Source of the DNA: Macrostomum lignano
Lineage: Eukaryota
DNA: 64,000 nt
Assembly: GCA_002269645.1 (NCBI GenBank)
Contig: NIVC01001518.1
Coordinates: 211,095-275,094, forward strand
Reading direction: 5' to 3'
Shown here: piece after piece, positions 23,622-35,569 of the stretch
How positions within the stretch are numbered: position 1 is the first letter of the stretch
Layout of the letters: every line of letters starts with the position of its first letter
Translations under genes and position numbers: made by a program
The notes under the pieces: generated by a model
Database searches by the model: none
Told to the model about the DNA's origin: nothing
Seen by the model: only the letters and a program-made list of their open reading frames with translations

Positions 23622-26600
23622 GGGAGACAGATGGAGTCAGGAAGACAGAGAGGCAGAGGGAGACAGGAGACGGAGGGAGACAGGGAGAAAGGGAGATAGA
23701 GGAAGAAGACAGGGAGATAGGGAGACAGGGAGAGATGGAGACAGGGAGACAGGGAGATACGGAGGATAGAGGGAGACAGGGAGACAGGGAGACAGGGAGA
23801 CACGGAGATAGAGGGAGACAGGGAGATAGGGAGACAGGGAGACACGGAGGATAGAGGGAGACAGGGAGATACGGAGGATAGAGGGAGACAGGTAGAGAGA
23901 GAGACAGGGTGATAGGGAGACAGGGAGATAGGGAGACAGGGAGAGAGGGAGACAGGGAGATAGGGAGACGGGGAGAGAGGGAGACAGGGAGATAGGGAGA
24001 CAGGGAGATAGGGAGACAGGGAGACACGGAGATAGAGGGAGACAGGGAGACAGGGAGACAGGGAGACACAGAGATAGAGGGAGACAGGAAGATAGGGAGA
24101 CAGGGAGACACCGAGAGAGAGGGAGACAGTGAGATAGGGAGACAGGGAGATAGGGAGACAGGGAGAGAGGGAGACAGGGAGATAGGGAGACAGGGAGAGA
24201 GGGAGACAGGGAGATAGGGAGACAGGGAGAGAGGGAGACAGGGAGATAAGGAGACAGGTAGAGAGAGAGACAGGGTGATAGGGAGACAGGGAGATAGGGA
24301 GACAGGGAGACAGGGAGACAGGGAGATAGGGAGACGGGGAGAGAGGGAGACAGGGAGATAGGGAGACAGGGAGATAGGGAGACAGGGAGACACGGAGATG
24401 GAGGGAGACAGGGAGACAGGGAGACAGGGAGACACAGAGATAGAGGGAGACAGGGAGATAGGGAGACACGGAGACACGGAGATAGAGGGAGACAGGGAGA
24501 CAGGGAGACACAGAGATAGAGGGAGACAGGGAGATAGGGAGACAGGGAGACACGGAGATAGAGGAAGAAGACAGGGAGATAGGGAGACAGGGAGACAGGG
24601 AGACACGGAGGATAGAGGGAGACAGGGAGATAGAGGGAGACAGGTAGAGAGAGAGACAGGGAGATAGGGAGACAGGGAGAGAGGGAGACAGAGAGATAGG
24701 GAGACAGGGAGACACGGAGGATAGAGGGAGACAGGTAGAGAGAGAGACAGGGAGATAGGGAGACAGGGAGATAGGGAGACAGGGAGAGAGGGAGACAGGG
24801 AGATAGGGAGACACGGAGATAGAGGGAGACAGGGAGATAGGGAGACAGGTAGAGAGAGAGACAGGGAGATAGGGAAACAGGGAGATAGGGAGACAGGGAG
24901 AGAGGGAGACAGGTAGAGACGGAGACAGGGTGATAGGGAGACAGGGAGATAGGGAGACAGGGAGACAGGGAGACAGGGAGATAGGGAGACGGGGAGAGAG
25001 GGAGACAGGGAGACAGGGAGATAGGGAGACAGGGAGACACGGAGATAGAGGGAGACAGGGAGACAGGGAGACAGGGAGACACAGAGATAGAGGGAGACAG
25101 GGAGATAGGGAGACAGGGAGACACGGAGATAGGGAGACAGGGAGACACGGAGATAGAGGGAGACAGGGAGACACGGAGGATAGAGGGAGACAGGGAGACA
25201 GAGGGAGACAGGGAGACACGGAGATAGAGGGAGACAGGGAGATAGGGGGACAGGGAGATAGGGAGACAGGGAGACACGGAGATAGAGGGAGACAGGGAGA
25301 TAGAGGGAGACAGGGAGATAGGGAGACAGGGAGACACGGAGATAGAGGGAGACAGGGAGACAGGGAGACGCGGAGGATAGAGGGAGACACGGAGAGAGGG
25401 AGACAGGGAGATAGGGAGACAGGGAGATAGGGAGACAGGGAGAGATGGAGACAGGGAGACACGGAGGATAGAGGGAGACAGGGAGACAGGGAGACACGGA
25501 GGATAGAGGGAGACAGGGAGATAGGGAGACAGGGAGAGATGGAGACAGGGAGACAGGGAGATAGGGAGACAGGGAGACACGGAGGATAGAGGGAGACAGG
25601 GAGATAGGGAGACAGGGAGAGATGGAGACAGGGAGACAGGGAGATAGGGAGACAGGGAGACACGGAGGATAGAGGGAGACAGGGAGAGAGGGAGACACGG
25701 AGGATAGAGGGAGACAGGGAGATAGGGAGACAGGGAGACACGGAGGATAGAGGGAGACAGGGAGATAGGGAGACAGGGAGACACGGAGGATAGAGGGAGA
25801 CAGGGAGAGAGGGAGACAGGGAGATAGGGAGACAGGGAGACACGGAGGATAGAGGGAGACAGGTAGAGAGAGAGACAGGGAGATAGGGAGACAGGGAGAG
25901 AGGGAGACAGGGAGATAGGGAGACAGGGAGATAGGGAGACAGGTAGAGAGAGAGACAGGGAGATAGGGAGACAGGGAGACACGGAGATAGAGGGAGACAG
26001 GGAGACACGGAGGATAGAGGGAGACAGGGAGACAGAGGGAGACAGGGAGACACGGAGATAGAGGGAGACAGGGAGATAGGGGGACAGGGAGATAGGGAGA
26101 CAGGGAGACACGGAGATAGAGGGAGACAGGGAGATAGAGGGAGACAGGGAGATAGGGAGACAGGGAGACACGGAGATAGAGGGAGACAGGGAGACAGGGA
26201 GACGCGGAGGATAGAGGGAGACACGGAGAGAGGGAGACAGGGAGATAGGGAGACAGGGAGATAGGGAGACAGGGAGAGATGGAGACAGGGAGACACGGAG
26301 GATAGAGGGAGACAGGGAGACAGGGAGACACGGAGGATAGAGGGAGACAGGGAGATAGGGAGACAGGGAGAGATGGAGACAGGGAGACAGGGAGATAGGG
26401 AGACAGGGAGACACGGAGGATAGAGGGAGACAGGGAGATAGGGAGACAGGGAGAGATGGAGACAGGGAGACAGGGAGATAGGGAGACAGGGAGACACGGA
26501 GGATAGAGGGAGACAGGGAGAGAGGGAGACACGGAGGATAGAGGGAGACAGGGAGATAGGGAGACAGGGAGACACGGAGGATAGAGGGAGACAGGGAGAT

Positions 26601-27068
26601 AGGGAGACAGGGAGACACGGAGGATAGAGGGAGACAGGGAGAGAGGGAGACAGGGAGATAGGGAGACAGGGAGACACGGAGGATAGAGGGAGACAGGTAG
26701 AGAGAGAGACAGGGAGATAGGGAGACAGGGAGAGAGGGAGACAGGGAGATAGGGAGACAGGGAGATAGGGAGACAGGTAGAGAGAGAGACAGGGAGATAG
26801 GGAGACAGGGAGAGAGGGAGACAGGGAGATAGGGAGACAGGTAGAGAGAGAGACAGGGAGATAGGGAGACAGGGAGATAGGGAGACAGGGAGAGAGGGAG
26901 ACAGGTAGAGAGAGAGACAGGGAGATAGGGAGACAGGGAGATAGGGAGACAGGGAGAGAGGGAGACAGGGAGATAGGGAGACAGGGAGACACGGAGGATA
27001 GAGGGAGACAGGGAGATAGGGAGACAGGGAGACACGGAGGATAGAGGGAGACAGGGAGAGAGGGAGAC
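23622..27068. repeat. Purine-rich minisatellite based on GGGAGACAG/GGGAGATAG, left block
   Basis: Direct reading; internal ~834-bp duplication (marker GACGCGGAGG at 25367 and 26201). Confidence 0.97.
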
Positions 27069-27535
27069 CTGCTTGGACTCAACCGCAGGGACATCAGGGC
27101 GGTTACCATGGCCCTCTCGGGTCATGGCTGCTTTGCCAGGCATCGTTACCTCCAGGAGAAAATCCGCAGTGAGGAATGCCCTTTCTGCCTCTCCGGTGTC
27201 GAGAATGCGGAGCAATTCATCTGTGAATGCCCCGCCTTTACTCAGGACAGGCTCACCTACCTCGGCCCAAACCCGGACCTCTCCGACGTTTTCAGGCCCG
27301 AGAATCTCTGCCAGCTCGTCCGCTACCTAAGGGCTACCGGGCGAGCGACAATCCACCTCCTGGACTCTCCGGAGGGGGACCGCGCTGCGGACGCCGGCGC
27401 CACCGGAACTCCCTGCGCGACACCGCAGCACTAGCTGCCCGTGGTCGCCAGGGGTTAGCGAAATGGGCGGCAACGCCTCCTCGCTGTTTCCGGACGCACG
27501 GAGCCCCCTGCAGCTAAGTCAAGTAAGTAAGTAAG
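27069..27535 (+). mobile_element. 5'-truncated non-LTR retrotransposon (LINE) 3' end, Loa/Tad1/R1-like C-terminal zinc-finger region, (TAAG)n tail
   Basis: Translates LGLNRRDIRAVTMALSGHGCFARHRYLQEKIRSEECPFCLSGVENAEQFICECPAF...; ends AAGTAAGTAAGTAAG; flanked by AGGGAGAC on both sides; second copy at 35.6-38.8 kb. Confidence 0.75.
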
Positions 27536-28697
27536 AGGGAGACAGGGAGATAGGGAGACAGGGAGACACGGAGGATAGAGGGAGACAGGGAGAGAGGGAG
27601 ACAGGGAGATAGGGAGACAGGGAGATAGGGAGACAGGAAGAGAGGGAGACAGGGAGATAGGGAGACAGGGAGATAGGGAGACAGGAAGAGAGGGAGACAG
27701 GGAGACAGGGAGACACGGAGGATAGAGGGAGACAAGGAGAGAGGGAGACAGGGAGATAGGGAGACAGGGAGAGAGGGAGACAGGGAGATAGGGAGACAGG
27801 GAGAGAGGGAGACAGGGAGATAGGGAGATAGGGAGACAGGGAGATAGGGAGACAGGGAGAGAGGGAGACAGTGAGATAGGGAGACAGGGAGATAGGGAGA
27901 CAGGGAGAGAGGGAGACAGGGAGATAGGGAGACAGTGAGATAGGGAGACAGGGAGATAGGGAGACAGGGAGAGAGGGAGACAGGGAGAGAGGGAGACAGG
28001 GAGATAGGGAGACAGGAAGAGAGGGAGACAGGGAGACAGGGAGACACGGAGGATAGAGGGAGACAGGGAGAGAGGGAGACAGGGAGATAGGGAGACAGGG
28101 AGAGAGGGAGACAGGGAGATAGGGAGACAGGGAGAGAGGGAGACAGGGAGATAGGGAGACAGGAAGATAGGGAGACAGGGAGAAAGGGAGACAGTGAGAT
28201 AGGGAGACAGGGAGATAGGGAGACAGGGAGATAGGGAGACAGGAAGAGAGGGAGACAGGGAGACAGGGAGACACGGAGGATAGAGGGAGACAGGGAGAGA
28301 AGGAGACAGGGAGATAGGGAGACAGGGAGAGAGGGAGACAGGGAGATAGGGAGACAGGGAGAGAGGGAGACAGGGAGATAGGGAGACAGGGAGATAGGGA
28401 GACAGGGAGATAGGGAGACAGGAAGAGAGGGAGACAGTGAGATAGGGAGACAGGGAGATAGGGAGACAGGGAGATAGGGAGACAGGGAGAGAGGGAGACA
28501 GTGAGATAGGGAGACAGGGAGATAGGGAGACAGGGAGATAGGGAGACAGTGAGATAGGGAGACAGGGAGATAGGGAGACAGGGAGAGAGGGAGACAGGGA
28601 GATAGGGAGACAGGGAGAGAGGGAGACAGGGAGATAGGGAGACAGGGAGACAGGGAGATAGGGAGACAGGGAGACACGGAGGATAGAGGGAGACGGG
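27536..28697. repeat. Purine-rich GGGAGACAG/GGGAGATAG minisatellite, right block
   Basis: Direct reading. Confidence 0.97.
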
Positions 28698-29485
28698 ACT
28701 CTGTGCCGCTGATGACGCAGCGCTGACCCGATGATGACCCGATCTCTCTGACGAGGACACCGACGCTCAGCAGCAGCCAGGCGGGGGGCAACCGGAGGCT
28801 GAATTCAAATGAATTTACATGTATTTAATTTCATATATGAAACATTTTCACCCTCAAACTAATCCATTAAATCGGGCTGTGCTCGCTACCAGAACATTCA
28901 TTCCATTCCATAGGAACAGGGCGTTGATGTCTTGCAAGATGGACTCTGGATAAAGTTGAGAACTCCCCAGAGCCTCAGATCCCCAGCCCACACTTGGCGC
29001 TACAAGGAGCAGCCAGTATGCAGTCGTGACGGCGGTCCACTGGAGTGCAGAACATCCCATCCTGCATTCTTTGCCTCGCTTTGTGCATCAATTCAGTCAA
29101 TCAGTTTTACCCACCAGGGCTTTGCACCAGAGGAGAAAATGCACTGCAAAAATTTGGTGCAAAATGTAAAATTAAATAAAAAACTTTTTTCAATTGTCTG
29201 CAGTTCAGCTGCTTGAAATTCATTCAAATTCTTTTAGTTAGTTTTTTCGAAACTTGCTTGCTGAATTTTTAAAAAAAATTGTTTAAGAAAAATCGATTCG
29301 ATAACTTCAATTCAGTATCAAACTTGAAAATGAAATTACATGTTTAATTTTTGATCTCCAATGTTGGGATTGCATATATACATCTGGATCAAAATAAAAT
29401 TTATCTGAAATTCCAGCCGCAACAAACTGTAATTCGAGTGGCTCGGAGACAGGAAAACTGGAATTCCTGGCCCAACAGCGGCCTC

Positions 29486-29583
29486 TATAAATGCGAATCG
29501 CGGTCTCCGCAGGAGAATTAAGACTCGAAGCGAGGAGGAGGAATATTGAGAAGACCCCAACTCGGAATTCAGGACAGGTGAGT
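29486..29583 (+). promoter_or_regulatory. TATAAAT box and a putative non-coding first exon ending at CAG|GTGAGT (donor 29578)
   Basis: TATAAAT at 29486-29492 and a strong donor 90 bp later; may belong to the gene at 32490 (candidate acceptor 32412/32413). Confidence 0.35.
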
Positions 29584-29587
29584 CATT

Positions 29588-30083
29588 TTCTCAGGCTGTG
29601 CCGTGAAGAGTCAGCCCTCACTGAGCCTCTCTAATCTGCTCTCGTGTCTGCCTTTCCTTTCTCAGGCTGTGCCGTGAAGAGTCAGCCCTCACTGAGCCTC
29701 TCTAATCTGCTCTCGTGTCTGCCTTTCCTTTCTCAGGCTGTGCCGTGAAGAGTCAGCCCTCACTGAGCCTCTCTAATCTGCTCTCGTGTCTGCCTTTCCT
29801 TTCTCAGGCTGTGCCGTGAAGAGTCAGCCCTCACTGAGCCTCTCTAATCTGCTCTCGTGTCTGCCTTTCCTTTCTCAGGCTGTGCCGTGAAGAGTCAGCC
29901 CTCACTGAGCCTCTCTAATCTGCTCTCGTGTCTGCCTTTCCTTTCTCAGGCTGTGCCGTGAAGAGTCAGCCCTCACTGAGCCTCTCTAATCTGCTCTCGT
30001 GTCTGCCTTTCCTTTCTCAGGCTGTGCCGTGAAGAGTCAGCCCTCACTGAGCCTCTCTAATCTGCTTTCGTGTCTGCCTTTCT
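29588..30083 (+). repeat. 71-bp tandem repeat, 7 near-identical copies
   Basis: TCAGGCTGTG at 29591, 29662, 29733, 29804, 29875, 29946 and 30017. Confidence 0.97.
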
Positions 30084-30483
30084 CCTTCCCACCTCTCTCC
30101 TTCCCACCTCTCTTCTTCCCATCCCTCTCCCACCTCTCTCCTTCCCATCCCTCTCCCACCTCTCTCCTTCCCATCCCTCTCCCACCTCTCTCCTTCCCAT
30201 CCCTCTCCCACCTCTCTCCTTCCCATCCCTCTCCCACCTCTCTCCTTCCCATCCCTCTCCCACCTCTCTCCTTCCCATCCCTCTCCCACCTCTCTCCTTC
30301 CCATCCCTCTCCCACCTCTCTCCTTCCCATCCCTCTCCCACCTCTCTATTTCCCATCCCTCTCCTTCCCACCTCTCTCCTTCCTACCTCTCTCCTTCCTA
30401 CCTCTCTCCTTCCCATCTCTCTCCTTCCCATCTCTCTCCTACCCATCCCTCTCCTTCCCACATCTCTCCTTCCCATCTCCTTC
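30084..30483. repeat. Pyrimidine-rich ~26-bp minisatellite (CCCATCCCTCTCCCACCTCTCTCCTT)n
   Basis: Direct reading. Confidence 0.9.
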
Positions 30484-30506
30484 ACCCATAAGTGGCCCCT
30501 ATTAGT

Positions 30507-30919
30507 CCAAGTGACTCTCAGTGACCCACACCAATCCAAGTGACTCTCAGTGACCCACACCAATCCAAGTGACTCTCAGTGACCCACACCAATCCAAGTG
30601 ACTCTCAGTGACCCACACCAATCCAAATGACTCTCAGTGACCCACACCAATCCAAGTGACTCTCAGTGACCCACACCAATCCAAATGACTCTCAGTGACC
30701 CACACCAATCCAAGTGACTCTCAGTGACCCACACCAATCCAAGTGACTCTCAGTGACCCACACCAATCCAAATGACTCTCAGTGACCCACACCAATCCAA
30801 ATGACTCTCAGTGACCCACACCAATCCAAGTGACTCTCAGTGACCCACACCAATCCAAATGACTCTCAGTGACCCACACCAATCCAAATGACTCTCAGTG
30901 ACCCACACCAATCCAAGTG
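30507..30919. repeat. 29-bp minisatellite (CCAA(G/A)TGACTCTCAGTGACCCACACCAAT)n, ~14 copies
   Basis: Direct reading; period 29 (30507, 30536...). Confidence 0.97.
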
Positions 30920-31354
30920 TATCTTGAAGCAAGTCAAGGACCTATAGAAGTTCATCTTCGCAACTCCTACTTTCGATATGAATCATGAGCCTTTGCATGC
31001 TTTTGATGATTCTTTCTACGTAGTGATGGCCAAGCTAGTAATTTTAAATAGCTGCAACCTTGGTCCATGCCTTGTGCATGTCTTGGATTGCGGAAATAGT
31101 ATTCTAGCAGATGGCTGAATTCGCATTCAGAATGGGAAAAAGCTAAAATGCAAAGACTCCGACACCTGTGGGAGAATTCTAAGCGCCGAAAGGGGAATCA
31201 TGAATAGTAAGAAATCACATTAGTCATATACCTTGCCATGCGTGAAACTTGTTTCGGAACTTTCCTAGAAACTAAAATACATAAGCTACCCTCACAATGA
31301 ATATAGCCAAGTGGATTCAGATTCGTCAGTTATGTGCAAAATTGGAATCCCATA

Positions 31355-31690
31355 TCCTCTCCTCTCTTCTCTACCCTCTCCCCTCTCCCCACTTTTCTCT
31401 CCCCTCTCCTCCCTACTTTCTCCTCCTCTCCCCTTCCTCTCTCCTCCCTCACGTCTCCTCTTTACTCTATCCCCTATTCTCTCCTTCCTACTCTCTGCTC
31501 TCTACCGCATCCCATCTCCTATCTCCTCTCTCTTATACATCTTTCCAATCTCCTTCCTCAGCTTCCTATCTTCTTACTCCTCCCTCCTTTTTCTCCACTC
31601 CTCTCTCCTTCCTTCTTCCTCCTCTCTTCTCCCGCATCTCTGATCTCTCGTCTCTTTTTCCGCCTCACTCCTCTCTCCTATCTCCTATCG
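31355..31690. repeat. CT-rich low-complexity tract
   Basis: Direct reading. Confidence 0.8.
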
Positions 31691-32489
31691 TCTAGGTTTA
31701 TTTTTTTGGCCATATAGGGCTTTTTGGCCCCTTGAAAATCTCATTGGCAACTGGATTTTTGGCATCAGAGGCCAATCTGGCAACTTCATTTTACCCATGC
31801 CAGTTGCCACTTTAAAAAATGATTTTGTAAATGTAATAAAAGTTCTATATGAATTTAAGTTGTGGCAAATACTAAGTTGTAAAAAATGACAATGTCAATA
31901 GGCCTAATAAGTCCCAGACAGTCTCATTCCCATAGTCATTTAGTACATACATGTTTAATAAGCCTTGGAAGTATCCATCCTTGAAAATTTGGCTAGTTGC
32001 CAATGGGCAACCAAAAATAGCCATTGGCAACTAGATTTTGAGCCCCAAGGGCCAGCTGACAACTATATTTCCAACCTTAGAAAAAACCTAGCCTATCATC
32101 TTCTCTCTTCCATCTTTCATCTAATCTCTCCACTCTTTCGTCACTATCCTTTTCTTTCCTATATTCTCTCTTCTCTCTCCTCTCTCCTTTCTCCTTTTTC
32201 CTTCCTCCTCGGTCTACTTCTTCTGTCTCTTCTCCGAAACTTTAAAAAATTCTGTCTGTCTCGCTACTTTACTGCGTAGTGCCCTAGCGGTTTGGCTATT
32301 AATCAGCCCTTTTACCTCTGTGACCCCAACTCGAACGATTTTAGAGCCTTCAAATTTTTTGTTTCGACAGTTAACTTTTTCATATTTTGCAATCCAAACA
32401 CCTCCACAACAGACTCGAACTAATTCAAGAAGCGCCAAAACCAACTGAGTTTTACTCTCGACTGAAACACAAACTCGCTGGCTTCGAAA

Positions 32490-35256
32490 ATGCCCGCCTG
32501 TCTGGCTGCAGTCATCGTAATTGCTCTGCTCGGATTTCAAGCTGAAGCTGCAACGACAAACACCAGCAAGAGTGCCGATGCCGACGCCCTGGGTCAGCAC
32601 GGCCCGGCTGTAGACTCCGACAAGATGACCGAGAACATGCTGAACGATCCCACGCAATCAACAAATAGTCAAGCCACCCCTACCATCACCAAGGAAATTC
32701 TAAAGGACTTGCTGAACGAAGAGACACAGAAAGCGCAGAGCTTCAACGGAATCTCCAACCATCAGCCTTTGGGTTGGGTGATGACGGAGACTGTGGGCGG
32801 GCCTGACAAGGAAGAAGATAAGATGCCCGTCTATGTCTACCCGATGGGAGTTGGTCCATTGTTGATGAATGAATGCTTTCAGTGTCGCAATGTGCGCGTT
32901 GAATTGAAGCATTCTGTTGGCGGCAGGAGAGTCAGGACAGTGCAGTGCTTGCCAGAGTGTCCAGCTGGCCACCAACTGAGTGACAGCAAGGAAAATCTGT
33001 GCGTGCCCTGCCAACCCGGCAATTTCAAGAACACAACGGGAAATCATAGCTGCTTGCCTTGCGCTCCTGGTACTTTTGCTGCATCGCAAGCGTCTGTGAA
33101 GTGCACGCACTGCAGTCCAGGAACTTTCGCTTTCAAACCAGGATCGGCACAGTGCCAGCAGTGCCCGGTTGGAACAAGAACAAGAAGGTTGGTCAACGGA
33201 TCTACTTCGTGCGAGGCCTGCAGTGCCGGCACGTTTGCAGCTCAGCGAGGTCAAACGGAGTGCACTCCTTGTCCAGTCGGGCAGTTCAGTAATGCAGAGG
33301 GACAGGCGCAGTGCCAGTTGTGCTCTGCGGGGTTCTACTCTTTCTGGCAAGGTCAGACATCCTGCGCTGCTTGCAATTCTGGAATTTCGAGTGTGGAGGG
33401 CTCAAAGTATTGCAACAACTGTAAGAGGGGCGAGTTCAGTCCACATTATCCTGATAACGTCCCTTGCACCAAGTGCCCTGCAGGCTCGTCCACTCTGAGT
33501 GCGGGATCGACAAGTTGCATTTTTTGTCCCGAAGGCAGCTACTCTAGTGGCGCTGGGTCAGCTTCTTGCTCCCCATGTCCCCGGGGGCTTTACCAGCCAC
33601 TGAAAAACCAGACTCACTGTAAGAGGGCCAGGCCAGGGTGGTACGTCGACTCTGAAGGCCGTTCTGAGCAGAAAATGTGTCCGCTAGGAACGATTTCCGG
33701 TGCTGCTGCATCCGAATGCACCGCGTGTCCAGCTGGGACCTTTGCCAAACAACTGGGCTCAACAAACTGCACCCAATGTCCTGCTGGGAGCTGGAGTAAC
33801 GCAGGCTCCTCATCTTGCACCACGTGTCCAGCTGGGTCCTTTGCCAAACAACTGGGCTCAACAAACTGCACCCAATGTCCTCCTGGAAGCTGGAGTAACG
33901 CAGGTTCCGCATCTTGCATCGCGTGTCCTTCTGGGACCTTTGCTAAACCGCTGGGCTCAACGAACTGCATCCTGTGCCCTCTTGGAAGCTGGAGTAACGC
34001 AGGTTCCGCATCTTGCACCGCGTGTCCAGCTGGGTCTTTTGCCATACAACTGGGCTCAACAAACTGCACCCTGTGCCCTCTTGGAAGCTGGTCGAGTAAC
34101 GCAGGATCCGCATCTTGTACCACATGTCCAGTTGGAACTTTTGCCAAACAACTGGGCTCAACAAACTGCACTCAATGTCCTGCTGGAACCTGGAGTAACG
34201 CAGGCTCCGCATCTTGCACCACGTGTCCAGCTGGGACCTTTGCTAAGCAGGGCTCAACAATTTGCACCCCATGTCCTGCTGGAGGCTGGAGTAACGCAGG
34301 TTCCGCATCTTGCACCGAGTGTCCAGATGGGACCTTTGCCAGCCAACCGGGTTCAACAAATTGTAATCCGTGCCCTGCTGGAACCCTGACGTATAGTGAA
34401 TCATCTCGGGATAGGTTTACTTCCTTTATAGTTTGCGGTCCGTGCTGGGCAGGCACATACTCACGTGAAGGAGAAAGTGAATGTAAAATGTGCGGTCCTG
34501 GAAGATGGAGTAACGCAGGCTCCGCATCTTGCGAGCTGTGCCGACCAGGCACATTCCAACCATATCAAAGCTCTAACAAATGTAAAGACTGCCCAGGAGG
34601 CACCTACTCCAACGAATACGGTTCTGAATTCGTTGAAAGTTGCAAATCTTGCGATTTAAACTTCGCCCTGAGCCATCGCACTGGAATGACGCATTGTGAC
34701 ACATGTCCGAACTATGGGTCTACCTTCGGCACTAAGAGATGTTATCGTAAGTGAATTGCAAGTTCCCAGTATTCTGTTTACTGTTTTTATGACACTTTTA
34801 TTTACTCTAATATTTTTAGGCAAGTTGCGGATCGAGTGGTGCAGAGGCTCTGACACAAAATTTTTTGGAGGATATGGGAGAGTAAACACTGGCGGCTGTG
34901 TAAAAACGATTGATGGCAATGTAAACACATATGGAGGAGTCTGGATGAAGTGGAGTCTTGCCGTTTCTAAAACCTGGATTAAATATCGACTTGCCAAAGC
35001 TGAAACAGTGAAAGGAGCTATAATCTGGTGCAAGAATCCATACGATGATTCGTTTGCCGAGTTTCTTTGGATAAGAGTTTTCAAGAACGGGGATCAGACG
35101 GGTATTTACATATGGAGTCAATTGGACTTCAGACCTGGGTTTGAGCACGCATGGGCATGGGCTGATGAGCCTATTTCAAATGTAATAATGATAGGAGTTT
35201 ATTCAGAAAGCCTAAAACCCATCAGGTTCAACGAAATTGCTATATATGGCGAGTAG
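32490..35256 (+). CDS. Secreted Cys-rich protein: signal peptide, GCC2/GCC3 (ephrin-receptor-like) CxxC repeats and a C-terminal galactose-binding/discoidin-like domain; exons 32490-34746 and 34820-35256; 897 aa
   Basis: Hydrophobic N-terminus; repeated C-x2-C-P-x-G-T/S-F/W motifs; 73-bp phase-1 GT-AG intron with CTAAT branch site joins two ORFs in frame; ends ..IRFNEIAIYGE; no TM segment. Confidence 0.85.
33717..34330 (+). repeat. In-frame 99-bp (33-aa) tandem repeat, ~6 copies, within the Cys-rich gene
   Basis: CTACPAGTFAKQLGSTNCTQCPAGSWSNAGSAS units; TGCACC at 33717 and 33816. Confidence 0.9.
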
Positions 35257-35569
35257 TTCATTCAGCCTGCTGAAACAATAACTGGAAATTATCATAATCG
35301 CTCAGTATTGATGAAAACTGTGGTGTGAAAGCTAGCAGATTTTATTCTGAAAATATACTGAACACAGCGGCCGCTGGATAATAATCGGAGAGCATAATTC
35401 ATTTGCATTTCTTATTTCCTTTTTTATTAAGCAATATACTTTCATTGTGGAGTAGTTGACTGTAAGATCCGAAAATGTTGGACTAACAAGGTGAAGTATA
35501 GATAATTAAAAATAGCGTCAACAGACTTGATTTTTCAACAGTAAGAGACGGTCAGGGTACGCCTTGTAA

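Noticed and set aside
23543-28791. Very long Ser/Pro/Leu ORFs (up to 1192 aa) and their RETGRQGD antisense
   Set aside because: They are stop-free translations of the 9-bp purine/pyrimidine minisatellite, open in several frames at once, with no unique coding content.
28698-29216. GC-rich stretches and the 94-aa ORF as exons
   Set aside because: No consistent frame, splice partners or recognisable motif.
29588-30919. CRISPR-like appearance of the 71-bp and 29-bp arrays
   Set aside because: Units are head-to-tail with no unique spacers, there are no cas genes, and the context is eukaryotic.
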